NCBI GenBank assembly: GCA_951406725.2
Contig: OX597818.1
Coordinates: 31,930,001-31,994,000 of the forward strand
Direction: 5' to 3'
Source: Octopus vulgaris
Taxonomy: Eukaryota
DNA: 64,000 bases
Both the position numbers and the translations under genes were made by a program. The notes below the pieces were generated by a model. It was not told the DNA's origin. It did not search any database and saw only the letters and a list, made by a program, of their open reading frames with translations. Below are positions 29,249 through 43,673 of this stretch, piece after piece; within the stretch, counting starts at the first letter, position 1; each line of letters starts with the position of its first letter.

Positions 29249-29291
<43 letters not shown>

Positions 29292-29483
29292 CTCCCGCGT
29301 GTGCGCTTCAATGTATGTATGTATGGGGGAGGGGCTTGATGTGTGATGTATAGATGAAAAGATACAACAGAGCAGAAATGGATGTTTTAAGAAAACAGCT
29401 CATTGTGGGAGCTAAAATACAGACATTGTTTCATATACATATACGTATACATACATACATACATACATACATACATACATACA

Positions 29484-29545
<62 letters not shown>

Positions 29546-29759
29546 TATTGTGATACAAACAGGAAAATTGGAATTCAAAATATACGTTTGTGTATATTTT
29601 TATTAATATGTAGCGGAAGCAACAGAGGGGACATGAGGTCCAAGAGATTTTATTCACCTTACTTCGAGACTTCGAGGTGTACGGCTAATACCAGACTGAC
29701 TTGGTGTTTCAAATTAAGTACCTAATTGAACAGGATCTGAATTATATATAAATAAATAA

Positions 29760-30205
29760 GTAATTTACAAGATAAGGGCAAAAGAAAAATTCTAATGCCA
29801 AATATGCCGAAAAAAAGACAAAAATTGTCAATAACCATTATAATTTATGCGTTTCGAAACAAACCGGTAGAAATTTCTAAAAAATCCGTTATTACCGTAT
29901 TGGTCCAATTTCGGGGTTAATTCATAAGAATTTTCCCCTCTTCAGCGATAAATACGTGGGATATAAGTGAAATACTTACCCATACCCATGGAAAAAGCAC
30001 GCACCAAGTCCAGAGCAGACCTAAGTACCCCCAAATATATCCAAAATAGAAAATCTTCGGCACATCTCGAGACACGTGTGATTCGAACTAGAAACTTTCA
30101 CAGAGTGAGAGAATCCGGAAGTGAACACTATTCAATTTATAACTAATGAAGGATAAATTTTTTTTTTCCCGAAAAAAATGTTATCCTTCATTAGTTTTAA
30201 ATAAA
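29760..30205 (-). mobile_element. Hammerhead-bearing short element (Penelope-like or retrozyme-like); second partial, folded-back copy at 40679-40958
   Basis: About 160 bp near identical to 40679-40836; contains a hammerhead; hairpin at 30136-30202; A/T- and TA-rich flanks. Confidence 0.7.
29892..29951 (-). ncRNA. Minimal type I hammerhead ribozyme
   Basis: Minus strand reads TTATCG-CTGAAGA-GGGG(AAAATTCTTATGAATTAA)CCCC-GAAA-TTGGACCAA-TA-CGGTAA. Stem I has 6 bp (one U-G), stem II GGGG/CCCC, stem III ATTGG-A-CCAAT, cleavage triplet AUA. Confidence 0.8.
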
Positions 30206-30465
30206 TAAATATATATATATATATATATTTATTTGTTTATATGCGGACAAACACAAACTGATAGACACAAACGCATCAATGTGAACATTGATGTATACGA
30301 CAGGCTTCCTTCAGTTTCCATCTAGCAAATACACTCACAAGGCTTTGGGCGGCTATAGTAGAAGACACTTGCCAAAGGTACCGCGCAGTGGGACCGAACC
30401 CGGAACTAAGTGGTTGGGAAGCAAGCTTCTTCCCATACACCCAGTACATATATATATATATATAC

Positions 30466-30532
<67 letters not shown>

Positions 30533-30805
30533 CTGGGATGCGCTGTGTATCTATTACAGACGCACACATAAAAGCGAATATACATGAGTGTGTGTGTGTG
30601 TACAAAATATATCCAATTATATTTCCCTTGGTGGTCTATCTAGTCACTGACATCAAGAATTAAAACCTTGAGGATATTTTATCAAAGAGACCTGAAATTT
30701 TCCTATTTCAAATTATTTCTTTCCAGAGCTATTTCTATTACTGAAATATCTTTAACTCTGCTTGCAGTGGTTTCACTTACTTTCTCGGTGTTAGTCGTGT
30801 CGTTG

Positions 30806-30867
<62 letters not shown>

Positions 30868-30926
30868 GTTGTTGTTGTTGTTGTTGTTATTGTTATTATT
30901 ATTATTATTATTAGTAGTAGTAGTAT

Positions 30927-30968
<42 letters not shown>

Positions 30969-31068
30969 TTATTATAGCGTACTTTCACTTCAGTACCGAG
31001 CGCAGCTCTTTGTGCTTTGGGTATGTGTTATATTATTATTATCCTCCTCCTCCTCCTCCTCCTCCTCG

Positions 31069-31179
<111 letters not shown>

Positions 31180-31180
31180 C

Positions 31181-31211
<31 letters not shown>

Positions 31212-31420
31212 GCTGGTGCTGGTAGCGGTGGTATTGGCTACCGAAGGGGGTAATGTCGTGTAGAGGTGGCGGGGCGAACTGGAAGGGTGGATTTGGTGAG
31301 AATGGTCATGGTAGTGTTGATTGGAATGATAGTAGATCAAATATAATAACTTTAAAAGTATTAGTAGTTGAAGAAGCATGGAGAGTTAGTTAGTGGTGAT
31401 GGGAGAGGAGGAGGAAGTGT

Positions 31421-31451
<31 letters not shown>

Positions 31452-31566
31452 AGTGGAGCCAGAGTAGAAGGCGGAAACAAGGCAAAAATCGTTTTAACTT
31501 CATCATGAAAATGTTAAAACTCGTCGTGATATCTGTCTGTCTGCCTCTCTCTCTAACTCTCTCTCG

Positions 31567-31627
<61 letters not shown>

Positions 31628-31861
31628 TACACACATATAAATATATACATATATATTTATATATATATATGCATATATGTATTTATATTTATACACCTAT
31701 ACATATATACACATACATATATATATATATATACATACACATATATACATATATGTGTGTGTTTAAATATATATATATATATATATATATATACGCGTAT
31801 ATTTTTATAAGCAAGTATTTATGTGTATACGTGTATGTTTGCGTGTGTGTGCCTATGTCTT

Positions 31862-31915
<54 letters not shown>

Positions 31916-32988
31916 ACATACATACATACATACATACATACATGCATAAATACATACATACATATACACATATAATATATATGTATGTATCTGTGTATGC
32001 CCTATTTAGACACACATGCTCATATATGTGTGTGTTTTTTAAATGAAACTTCTATTCCTGGATGGCGCTCCACTGAGCTTGAGATGTGAAAAAAATTTTG
32101 AATAACGATATTCCTGGAAAGCTTGTATTTTGTTTCTTGATGGTTGTCACTTTTCCCACTATTTTCAGCAAAACCAGTCCTTAGGTCCCAAGTTTTTTTT
32201 TTATCTTCTAAAACTCTACTATGCTTTCTGCACTGACAAAAACAAAAATTGATTAAAAGTCTTTAAATGTTTATTTTCATCAAACTTCATCAAATGGCAT
32301 AAGTGCTTCCACAATTGAACCTTAGATTTTTGTACATTTCAGGTTCGACACAATAAAAGTGTGGAGTGGGAGACTTCTTCATTCTGCTTCTGTCCTGGAC
32401 AGATATTGAGAGTGACCTTTTAATCAGGGATTTTTCTCTTTCTCACTTCCATTCTCTTTATATCTCCATCATTCTCTCTAAAGCACTGTTATTATATAAG
32501 GAATCATCACCGATTCTCTTTCTCTCTCTTTCTATTTATCTCTTTTTCTCTCCTTCCATCTCTCTTTTCTTTTACTTTGTTGTTTATTTTCACTATCTCT
32601 TCCTCTCGACTTTTCTTCCATACTTCCATATATTTCTTTGCTCACTTCACTGCTTGTCATGCGAGCATTCTTACTGCTGCCTTCTCTCTAATTATTACTC
32701 CCTTCCATTCTGATATTCCCCCACCTATCTATTTATCTAACTACTCCACTTACCTTTAATAATGCTTTCTTTCTTCTTCTACAAACTCCTTCGGCATAGC
32801 TACTATTTTCTCTTGCCATTTTTCTATAATATCGCCTAAAAAAAAACGAAATTAAATTTTAAAATTGTTTCAATTTAAATGAAAGATTCATAAATATGTA
32901 TGCCTAAATATGCAAGCATATATATATACATACATATAATACGTGTGTATGCGTGTGTGCTCGCGCATATGTATCTGGTTGTATGTAA

Positions 32989-33067
<79 letters not shown>

Positions 33068-33297
33068 GGCGGCGAGCTGGCAGAAACGTTAGCACGCCGG
33101 GCGAAAAGCCTAGCGGTATTTCGTCTGCCGTTACGTTCTGAGTTCAAATTCTGCCGAGGTCGACTTTGCCTTTCATCCTTTCGGGGTCGATTAAATAAGT
33201 ACTAGTTAATTTCTGGGGTCGATGTAATCGACTTAATCCCCTTGTCTGTCCTTGTTTGTCCCCTCTATGTTTAACCCCTTCTGGGTAATAAAGAAAT
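33068..33297 (+). mobile_element. SINE family B monomer
   Basis: Family similarity to 20243-20477. Confidence 0.9.
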
Positions 33298-33591
33298 ATA
33301 TATATATACAGAGAGAGAGAGAGAGAGAGAAAGAGGGAGAGATAAAGACTTAAGAGGTTGCACACGAGTAAATTTATATTAAAAATGAGAAAAAAAGAGG
33401 CAACGGAGTGATGTATACCCTACGCGCAAATAAATGTTTTCGCAAATTATAGTGTGGTTAACAATGCATTGCTTGCCCATGCTTTTTATGTGAACTGAAT
33501 TTAGTATATTTTTTTTAAATATGAAATTAAGAAATCAACTATTAAATAAACGAAACCCTCGATCCATGAATGTTCAGACTCACACACGCGT

Positions 33592-33631
<40 letters not shown>

Positions 33632-33927
33632 ACACAGTGCCATGATCTATACGCACGCAGACGAGGGTCGATTCATGTGAAAAAGAAAGTGAACAAAATA
33701 ATATGATCACTTGCTTATCGCAAATTAATAAGTTCGATTTTTTGAAATTAACTAATTGTGTGTGTGTGTGTTTTTCTTCATTTTAAGTAGCACCATTATA
33801 GGTATTTATACTCTGCTGAAATTAAGAAATCAACTCGTGAATAAACAAAACTCTCGAATCCATCACTGTACATACACACACACACACACACACACGCTCA
33901 CACACAAAAGACGTTTATGTATATGTA

Positions 33928-34442
33928 CCGTAATTCCTCGAGAATAATCCGCATTTTCCCCACCAAAATTTAAAGGTCAAAATCCCTAGTGCGTATTATA
34001 CACGAGGTTAAAAATGAAAATTATTTTCTAAGCAATGTTCAAGTCTCTATTTGCTGTCCGGCAATGTTTATTCAGACGAATTTTGTGATGTCGGGCGCGA
34101 AAATAACTTAAGCTAAGCCTGAAAGCAATGAAGTCATAAAAGAATCATCCATAACTCGCAGTAAGCAACATTTATTAAACGTTATTACAGTTGTTACTTT
34201 ATTTCTTTATTTTCTGCAAACAAAATGCACAAAAATGCAACACGTTTGCATTATGTTATATATACAATAATAATAAAGGACGTTACCATATACACTTTTA
34301 CAAACCAAAGACGTTAAATAATTAATTAACTTTGAGAAGGAGTGAGTATTATACACAAGGTTTAGGTTTTTTCAGAGGTACAGCCCCCTAAAAATCCCCT
34401 GCGTATTTTATTCAAGGGCGGACTATACTCGAGGATGTACGG
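33928..34442. mobile_element. Tc1/mariner-superfamily (pogo/Tc2-like) MITE
   Basis: TIRs CCGTAATTCCTCGAGAATAATCCGC / GCGGACTATACTCGAGGATGTACGG flanked by TA; internal GTATTATACAC repeats. Confidence 0.8.
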
Positions 34443-34488
34443 TATATATATATATATATAAATAAAGAGGGGAAAATGTTTTGAGAAC

Positions 34489-34519
<31 letters not shown>

Positions 34520-34770
34520 TGTATGTATGTATGTATGTATGTATGCATGTATGTATGTATTGTATTGCATTGTGTGCATAAAGCTCAATGTCGCAATTGG
34601 AATCCTAATCTGCAGCTCGTGAAAATTAGACCTACCAGGTCGTAGAGTATTTGAGGATATCTTCTTCTTCTTCTTCTTCTTCTTCTTCTTCTTCTTCTTC
34701 TTCTTCTTCTTCTTCTTCTTCTTCTTCTTCTTCTTCTTCTTCTTCTTCTTCTTCTTTTTCTTCTTATGAA

Positions 34771-34802
<32 letters not shown>

Positions 34803-34808
34803 TAATTA

Positions 34809-34900
<92 letters not shown>

Positions 34901-35502
34901 TGTAGTAGTAGAAAAAGTAGTAGTAATAGCATTTCTGTAATCTGTCTTTTCATGGCTAATTAATCGAATTCCTGCAATATAATTTTACACTAATATAAGG
35001 GATATAACACGTGCGTTACATATTTTTTTTTAATTTTATGTATACATCTTAAAGGTGAAAGACATAAATTGCTGAAGAAAAAAATATATGGAACAATAAG
35101 AATACAAAAGAAAAAAACAAAAAAGAAATGAACAGCCGTTACTAAATGAATGAAAGAAGAGATAGATGATAGTAAAATCCCAATAAAGATGGTATAACAA
35201 CAAGAAAAGGAAGAGAAGAATGAGTACAAAGGGAAAGGAAGTAAGCTCGAATAAAACAATTCATATACACACGCATACAAACATATGTAATATATGAGTG
35301 TGTGCGTGCGTGAGCCTGCATGTGCGTGTATGAAATTCTCAATGGTTGATGAACAGTCATTATATCTAGGTTAGTTCTCGAGAATTCGAACTGAAAATCA
35401 AAACCACAGGGATGAAAGATTGGGTTTAAAGTTTCGCTTTTTATGTTACAATAGTATTATTGCAAGACTGTAAAGAATGAAATGTGATAAGGTAGTACAT
35501 AA

Positions 35503-35893
35503 TCTCTCTATATATAAAGCTGAAGTTGTCTGTGTATGGCAGGTTTGGTAGCCTTCAACTAACACTATCTCGTCTGAGACCCTGCGGCGCAAGTTGACCA
35601 AAATTGAGAGTATGATAGAAGAAGGCTTACTCTTCCTTCCGTAGAAGAAAAAGTTCAAATCGGACCATGTTAACAGCAAACATTATTTACATCAAAAAGG
35701 TGCTTTTTTTTCTATGAAAATCCCTATTTTTTACGATTTTTTGACTTCTGTATCGCCAGTTTTCGGTGTATTTCAACCAGAAAAATGTTCACTTAAAAAG
35801 AATAACAAGCTACATTGCAAAATTTTTACTTTTCAAAAATTCCAATTCTAAAGGATCGAAACAAACCTGAGCAACGCCGAGCGATACTGCTAG
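35503..35893 (+). mobile_element. Non-autonomous Helitron
   Basis: 5' TC after A, 3' CTAG before T, degenerate GC-rich subterminal hairpin (CCTGAGCAACGCCGAG); second copy in reverse at 60295-60682. Confidence 0.85.
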
Positions 35894-36119
35894 TTTCTTA
35901 TAATGCTTAAAAAGTTTTAGAAACCAACATTGTATGTCAAAGGTGCTTCTCCAATTCAGTGCCAAACCTATAAATTTCGATGCAGCCCTATTGTTGTTCT
36001 ACACTTTTCACCCGTTTATATTCTTTAGAAATAATTTGTTCACAAATATGGATATATCGATCCTATTCCTATATATTATGTATTGTACCTGAATCAGAAC
36101 CATACTAATATTTTGTCGT

Positions 36120-37316
36120 CTGAGGTCGATGTAATCGATTTACCTACTTCCACGAAATTGCTGTCTTCACGTTCTGAGATCAAATACCACTAGAGTCGAC
36201 TTTGCTTTTCGTCCTTTCGGGGACAATAAATTAAGTACCAGTTATGCCCTGGGGTAGATGTAATCGACTTAATTCTTTCCCCCTAACTTCAGGCCTTGTG
36301 CTTCCAGTAGAAAGAGTTATTAACAGTTTGCTGAATGTGAAAGGCGGGCGAGCTTGCAGAATCGTTAGCATACCAGGCAAAACGCTTAGCGGCGTTTCGA
36401 CTGTCTTCTCGTTCTGAGTTCACATTTCGCCGAGGTCGACATTACCCTTCATCTTTCTGGAGTTGATGAAATAAGTACCAGTCTCAGCACTGGGGGGTCG
36501 ATGTAATCAATTTAACACTTTCGTAAAAGTGCTGGTCAAAAATCTTTGAAATCAATATTTAATTGAAGGTAACCACCGGCAAAATGCTCAGCAGTATCTC
36601 TTCCCGCTTCGTCCTGAGTTCAAATGTCGCCAAGATCGACTTTTCTTTTTCATCCTTTCGATGTAATCTACTGTTACCCTCCCAACAAATTTCAGGCCTA
36701 GTAAAAAGAATTATCGTAATTTAGCCGAATAACAGAATCATTACAACACAAGAATACCATTTTGTTATTTCTTCGAGATGCTGAGTTCAAACACTGACAA
36801 CGTTAACTTCATCTCTAATGCCCTAGTATCAGTTAATTACTGGAGTTGAACCCCAAATTTTAGGATCTCATGTGCGCGCTACATAGTGATATCAAACAGC
36901 GCATGACGCTCCCGTTAGAAATTTCTTCAGGTCTAGTAGCTCATCCCGCTCAAAAAGTCCCTGAATAAGGGTAGTTTAAGGATGTTGAACGAAACTCCCA
37001 TGCTTCAGAGGTGAATTATCAAAACCCCACAAAACTCCTTTCAACACATGGCTATAAAACTCCCTCACTACTTCTGCTTGTGATCAGAGGTGCACATATC
37101 ATCAACCACAAAGGGATGTGCTCAACTGGTTAAGGTCAAACAACAGACAAGCAAATCTGTGGTATTGAGCAGAATATTTGCTGTAGCCCATCTTTTATAC
37201 CAAAACAAAACAATGTACATGATAACACTTCCAATCAGTTAAGATTAGAAGCCATGAGAGCCACTGTTTGGTACTACATCATCATCATCATCATCATCAT
37301 CATCACCATCACATTA

Positions 37317-37371
<55 letters not shown>

Positions 37372-37990
37372 AGAGGCGAGCTGGCAGAATCGTTAACCCA
37401 CTGGACAAAATACTTAGAGATCAAATCCCGCCGAGTGATTTTCGTCTGTCATAGTTCGATAAATTAAGTACCAAAGTAACTCTAGAGTCAATGTAATCGG
37501 CACTCTCCTTCCCTAAAAATGGCTATACTTGTTGCAAAATTTGAAGCCATTGTTATTATAATCGTTATAGCATTGGACAAAATGTGCAGCGGCATTTTCC
37601 GGCTGCCTATGTTCTGCGTTCAAATCTCACCGAGATATTTTATTTTACTGACTCCGAAGGGGTCAATTATATAAAATACCAGTCAAATACTAGGGTCGTT
37701 GTAATCGACTACCTCTCTCTTCTAAAAATTCCAGGCCTTGTGTCAATCAGAATCAATTATTATTGTTGTTGTTGTCAGGTGGCGGGCTGGCAGAACCGTT
37801 ACCGCGCCCGGCAGAATACTTAGCAGCATTTAATGCATCTTTAATTCTCTAGGTTCTAATTCCGCTGAGGTCGACTTTCCTCTTCATCCTTTCAGGGTCG
37901 ATAAAATAAGTACCAATTGATCAGAGGGTTCGATGTAATCAAATTGCCCCCTCCACCGAATTGCTGGCCTTGTGCCAAAATTTGAGACAA
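36120..37990 (+). mobile_element. Several older, degraded SINE family B copies (about 36120-36710 and 37372-37990)
   Basis: Recurrent GAGGTCGAC...TTCATC...AAGTACCA...GTCGATGTAATC...GGCCTTGTG blocks. Confidence 0.7.
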
Positions 37991-38521
37991 TCAATGTTGG
38001 AGTAGTTTTTTTAGAGGAATTTTATATGGTCACAAATCAGAATAACAAAATATAACATAATTTTTCAAGTGTTATCAGATCACTTCCGCCAAAAGTGACA
38101 AAAAATAGTGATAGTAAATATGTTAAAAAATCAGCAAACATATACGACCATAAAAATTATACAACAATATTCTCTGAAAGATATATGTACATTTGTCATC
38201 CATCTAAATATATTCGTTATTTCTCCATTTCTTAGCTGAATTAGTCATACGATATAATGGAGTGTTTTCTAAAATACATTGCCAGTAATAACACTCATGA
38301 AATGACAGCTGACATTAACAAAAATATTCTTAAGTGCTTCAAATCGATCAGCTCACGATATACCCAATTGAACGTTCGGTATTTTATCATTTTGTTGTTT
38401 TTTTTCATTTTCGTTAATATATAGTTATTTTGCTTGTTACTCTCCACCACTAAACTTGTTGACAGAATTCACGTTATCGTCAACAAATTTCATTTATACA
38501 CCTTCATAAGATATATATGTA

Positions 38522-39010
38522 CGAAGAGTGTATGAAAAGTTTTGAGCCTAATCTAGAAATGATGCTGCTAGATAGTTGAAGCAATTTTCTTTCTGGTAAG
38601 TACAGTCTTTCTGGAGTATTCTTGCTCGTTTTCATGATTCTGATATTTTAATTTTTTTTTACTGCAGATTTTTGAATAAACAAGTGTCGAAGTTACAAGG
38701 AAAATGGAGAAAACTGAGTAGTATGCTGTCATAAAGTACTCTCTTTTGAAAAGCATGACTCCATCAGAAATCCATGAAGATATGGTGAGAACCTTAACAG
38801 ACAATGCTCCTTCATATGCAACAGTCAAAATCTGGGTAAATGTATTCAAGCATGACAGGGAGAGTGTGGAAGATGATCCCAAGCCAGGGAGACCTCTAAC
38901 TGCAACCACCAAGGATGACCTTCACCTTGCCCTTGGTATGATAATGCAAGATTGCCGAATATCATGTCGTCAAATAGCCGAGTGACTGGTCATCTCAAAT
39001 GAAAGAGATA
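38522..39010 (+). mobile_element. Mariner transposon 5' fragment (transposase pseudogene, N-terminal HTH region)
   Basis: TA-CGAAGAGTGTATGAAAAGTTT TIR-like end; ATG at 38704 gives MEKTE*YAVIKY...TPSEIHEDM...APSYATVKIW...FK..RESVEDDPKPGRP...ISCRQIAE*, a typical mariner N-terminus with stops. Confidence 0.9.
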
Positions 39011-39220
39011 CTCGTCGAGAGACTGGGCATCTCAACTGAAAGAGATACTCGTCGTGCTTTAGCTTTTTGTAGTCATTATCCTCTAGATTTGTAAATAAAC
39101 AGGTCACGGTTTCAAAGCGACCAAAATATTTTGACACAAATTAAATTTAAATGTTGAAGTGAAACTAAGTTTTTATGTCTTCTTAAATAGCTTACAAACA
39201 TCTTCCACGCTGCAATTGTT

Positions 39221-39279
<59 letters not shown>

Positions 39280-39397
39280 ATATATATATGCATGTATGTA
39301 TGTATGTATGCATGCATGCATGTATGTATGCATATATGTATATATATATGTGTGTGTGTGTATGTATATATATATATATATATGCATACATGCATAT

Positions 39398-40493
39398 GAT
39401 AGTAACATCGATCGTCAAAGTAGTTTATCATGGATCAATAGCCGGATTACTACCTCCCAGTTTGAAAGCTATGCGTTCGCAATCCAGGAACAGGAAATAT
39501 AAACCAAATACCTGATGCACAAAAGGGATAGAGATGCAGGAAAAGCAGTAAAATGTGAAACCCCGATGCAGACTTTGTGGAGTTAACACCGAAGATGTCA
39601 CCCACATCATAAGCAGTTGTCCGAAGATGTCATTACGGTATTATCTACCGATGAGACATGATGCTGTAGCTAAGACAATATATAATGAAATCTATCGGAA
39701 GGATAACCCCGAGGACAAAGAAATAAGAACCCATAGTCTGGTGAAAGCCATACCCACTCATATTAAAAAGGAGTACGGTGGAATGTCCCAATGAAAGTCT
39801 GAATAAAATGTACGCACAACAGACCTGATATAATGAATTGGAATAGAGAAGAGAAACTAACAGCAGTAAAGAATTAGCTGCCCAGCAGATGTAAACATAA
39901 TGCTGAAAATCAGTGAAAAAGAAAGCACCTATGCTGAACTATTGAGAAATCTGCAGTTACTCTATCGAGATTACAACTTTAGAATTATACTTGTAATTAT
40001 TGGGGCCATGGGATATGTAACACACTGCCTAAATACCAATCATGAGAAATTAGGCTTCTCAAAACTAGAAGCGAGAAAACTACTTCGAAGACTACAGATC
40101 CAATCCATCACTGGAACTGTAAAAATCTGTAAAACGTTCCAGGAGTTTATCATTTAAACATATACGAACATGTCTAGATATGCAACTATATGCATGAGAA
40201 TACATACATAAAACAAAACGTACAAATCTGCATATATACATACATACATACATACATACATACATACATACATACATACATACATACATACATACATACA
40301 TACAAAAATACTCTGTTGCTGATGCTGAAATTCCAGTGAAGGAGTCTTGAAACTATGTTAGAAACCGGATCTTTCTCTATTGGCAAGAAATCTTAAAATA
40401 AAACTGAACAATGGCATACATACATATATATGAATGAATGAACGAATGAATGAATGAATGAACATATTTACGAATGAATGAATGAATGAATGA

Positions 40494-40495
<2 letters not shown>
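39398..40495 (+). mobile_element. 5'-truncated R4/Dong-clade non-LTR retrotransposon (restriction-like endonuclease type), decayed
   Basis: AIQEQEI, CCHC knuckle RCRLC...E..THIISSC, RHD, HNRPDI, ISCP, EK..TY, IIGAMG; frameshifts and stops; TAA at 40155-40157; 3' UTR then (TGAA)n. Confidence 0.88.
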
Positions 40496-40573
<78 letters not shown>

Positions 40574-40678
40574 CTATATATATATGACTAATGTAGGATA
40601 AAAAATTTTTCTCGAAAAAAATTTTATCAATGGCCAGCATATCAAACAGTACCTTTAAAGGTTAAATTTATAAATAAG

Positions 40679-40958
40679 TTACAAAATAAGGGCAAAAGAA
40701 AAATTCTAATGCCAAATATGCCGAAAAAAAGACAAAAATTGTCAATAACCATTATAATTTATGCGTCTCGAAACAAACGATAGAAATTTCTAAAAAATCC
40801 GTTATTACCGTATTGGTCCCAATTTCGGGGTTAATTAGATTTTTTAGAAATTTCTATCGGTTTGTTTCGAGACGCATAAATTATAATGGTTATTGACAAT
40901 TTTGTCTTTTTTTCGGCATATTTGGCATTAGAATTTTTCTTTTGCCCTTATTTTGTAA
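40679..40958. repeat. About 120-bp inverted repeat derived from the hammerhead element family of 29760-30205
   Basis: 40679-40799 vs 40838-40958; the spacer holds the GAAA/stem III half of the ribozyme. Confidence 0.9.
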
Positions 40959-41037
40959 AATATATATATATATATAGATATACGAATGAATAAATCGGTT
41001 GTCAAGCGATGTTGGGGGGACAAACACAGACACACAA

Positions 41038-41072
<35 letters not shown>

Positions 41073-41107
41073 CATATATATATGTGTGTGTGTGTATATA
41101 TATATAC

Positions 41108-41151
<44 letters not shown>

Positions 41152-41912
41152 GCACACACACATATACATGTGGTATTTTAATTATTTTAGCGAATTCATG
41201 TGGTTAGAGTTTTTTTTTTTTTAGATCTTAATAACCGTTTATCAGTTTATGAATCTCACTATTTTATGCAATTGCAGTTCAATGCCAAACCCGAAGAGCA
41301 GTTGCATATACTGTTCTATCAACAGTGAACTAAGTGCTGTCTGAAGGCTATTCTTCCTCTACAACATAGCTACGCTTTCTTTCTGTCTGTCTGTCTGTCT
41401 GTCTCTTAGTAAATATTCGATTGTGATTCATGTGAACTTTTATCTAATGGACTAAGTCATATCTACCGGCCACTTACCACACTAGCCACGAATAATATTA
41501 CAATTACGTATATAATTATTGGTACATGATTCCACTAGCAGTAAGTACTACGATAGTTTACAGCACTTCGTCTGTTACTAATGCAATCAGATTTTCAACC
41601 AGAGAAATGATATTCTTAAGCAGAATTCAGAAACACGCGTACAATACATAACGCTGTCTCTGTAGATAAATACATATACATACACACACTCACATACGCA
41701 CGCACGTACGCACGCACGTACGCACGCACGTACGCACACACACATGCACACACATACACACACAAACGCATATGTAATATAAATATATAATATATGTATG
41801 TATATACACGCATTCATATGCACGCAAAAATGTACATTTATATGTGGATGCCTGTGTGCTTGCATGTGTGTGTATGCGTTTCTATGTATTTTCGTGTTTG
41901 TATGTGTGTGTG

Positions 41913-41945
<33 letters not shown>

Positions 41946-42096
41946 ATGTGTATGTATGTGAGTGTTTGTGTGTGTTTGCTTGTGTGTGTTCATGTGTGTG
42001 TGTGTGCATTTCGAGGCATTTTCTGTTTTCTGAGAAACACCCTCAACTTTAGTTGAGTTGAGATTCATACTGGGAAACCTCTCAAACCATATATGT

Positions 42097-42130
<34 letters not shown>

Positions 42131-42693
42131 ACGCTTGCGCGCGCAGACACACGTTGCTATTACTACTGTTGCTGTTGCTGCAAGACATTCACGAACTCAA
42201 ATTAATATATAAATACATAACCTTCCCTCCCGACAATAAGATAAAACATTTGGCACCCATTTTACATTCAGTTTCACAATGAAAGCACATACACACACTC
42301 ACATAAACGCATCTACATACACGTACATACACGCATGCGTATAGACATGCAAACAGACATAAATACAACAACCTCTACACATTCGCAGACACATACATCA
42401 ACAAGTCCCTTCCCAAACCCACCAAAATCCGATGCGAACTGATTTCACCGTCTCCCGCATATAATAATCGCCAAGTACGAAGGCTTCTCAGGTCAGTCCG
42501 CTTCAACAAGGTGATTACCTCTGACGTCGTTCACTCAATCACACTCAAAAATGTCCTCTTCATATCTGTCATGCTGAACTTAAAGCACTTCAGCATTTTT
42601 CTCCATACCGATAGTTATCGCAGCCCATATGTGACTACGCAACAGAGTGTCTTATCGTCCAAAAAGGGGCAATACTTCTGACTCTTATCAACC

Positions 42694-42908
42694 CTTTTAC
42701 TCTTTTACTCTCTTTTGCTTGTTTCAGTCATTTGACTGCTGCAATGCTGGAGCACCGCTTTTAAGTCGACAAATCGACCCCCAGGACTTATTCTTTGTAA
42801 GCCTAGTACTTATTCTATCGGTCTCTTTTGCCGAATCGCTAAGTTACGGGGACGTAAACACACCAGCATCGGTTGTCAAGCGATGTTGGGGGGACAAACA
42901 CAGACACA

Positions 42909-42971
<63 letters not shown>

Positions 42972-43161
42972 ACACATATATATATATATACATATATGCG
43001 ACGGGCTCTTTTCAGTTTCCGTCTACCAAATCCACTCACAAGGCTTTGGTTGGCCCGAGGCTATAGTAGAAGACACCTGCACAAGGTGCCACGCAGTGGG
43101 ACTGAACCCGGAGCCGTGTGGCTGGTAAACAAGCTACTTACCACACAACCACTCCTGCGCC
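42694..43161 (-). mobile_element. SINE family A, full length
   Basis: Family similarity. Confidence 0.92.
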
Positions 43162-43673
43162 TATAATCCCATTGCTAACGTTTCAGAAACTGTACAGGCA
43201 TTTGTAGAAAACTATCCTGTTTATCATATAAAATCTTGTTTCCATCCACACTGACCATTAGTATCCTTTTATAGAGCAATATCAATCAAATATTTTCAAT
43301 TATGCCTCGCTTACCAATTTTCTATCGTTGTCTGAAATATGATGAAAGTAATACTTTTGCACTCAACGATATTAATGAATCTTTGGTTGTGGCTGGTACA
43401 AGAGCCTTCTTAACAAGTTTAACCGAGAATAGGTACCACCTGTTGCTTTTCTCTCAAGTAAGTGCCTTCAGAGACCAGTCTGTTCCATGAGACTTTGATG
43501 TACTTCAGTTTCGGTTATAACCCATACGTTTTTCAGTTTCCAAGTCGATGTTATCTTGATGCTTGCAACCTATATGATAGAAGTCATCTGTGCTTGATCA
43601 CCTTTTGCGACGCCAGTCACATGGAAGCTAAAATCTCACGTGAAATAAGATTTACTTCTAGAAAAGATTCTTA

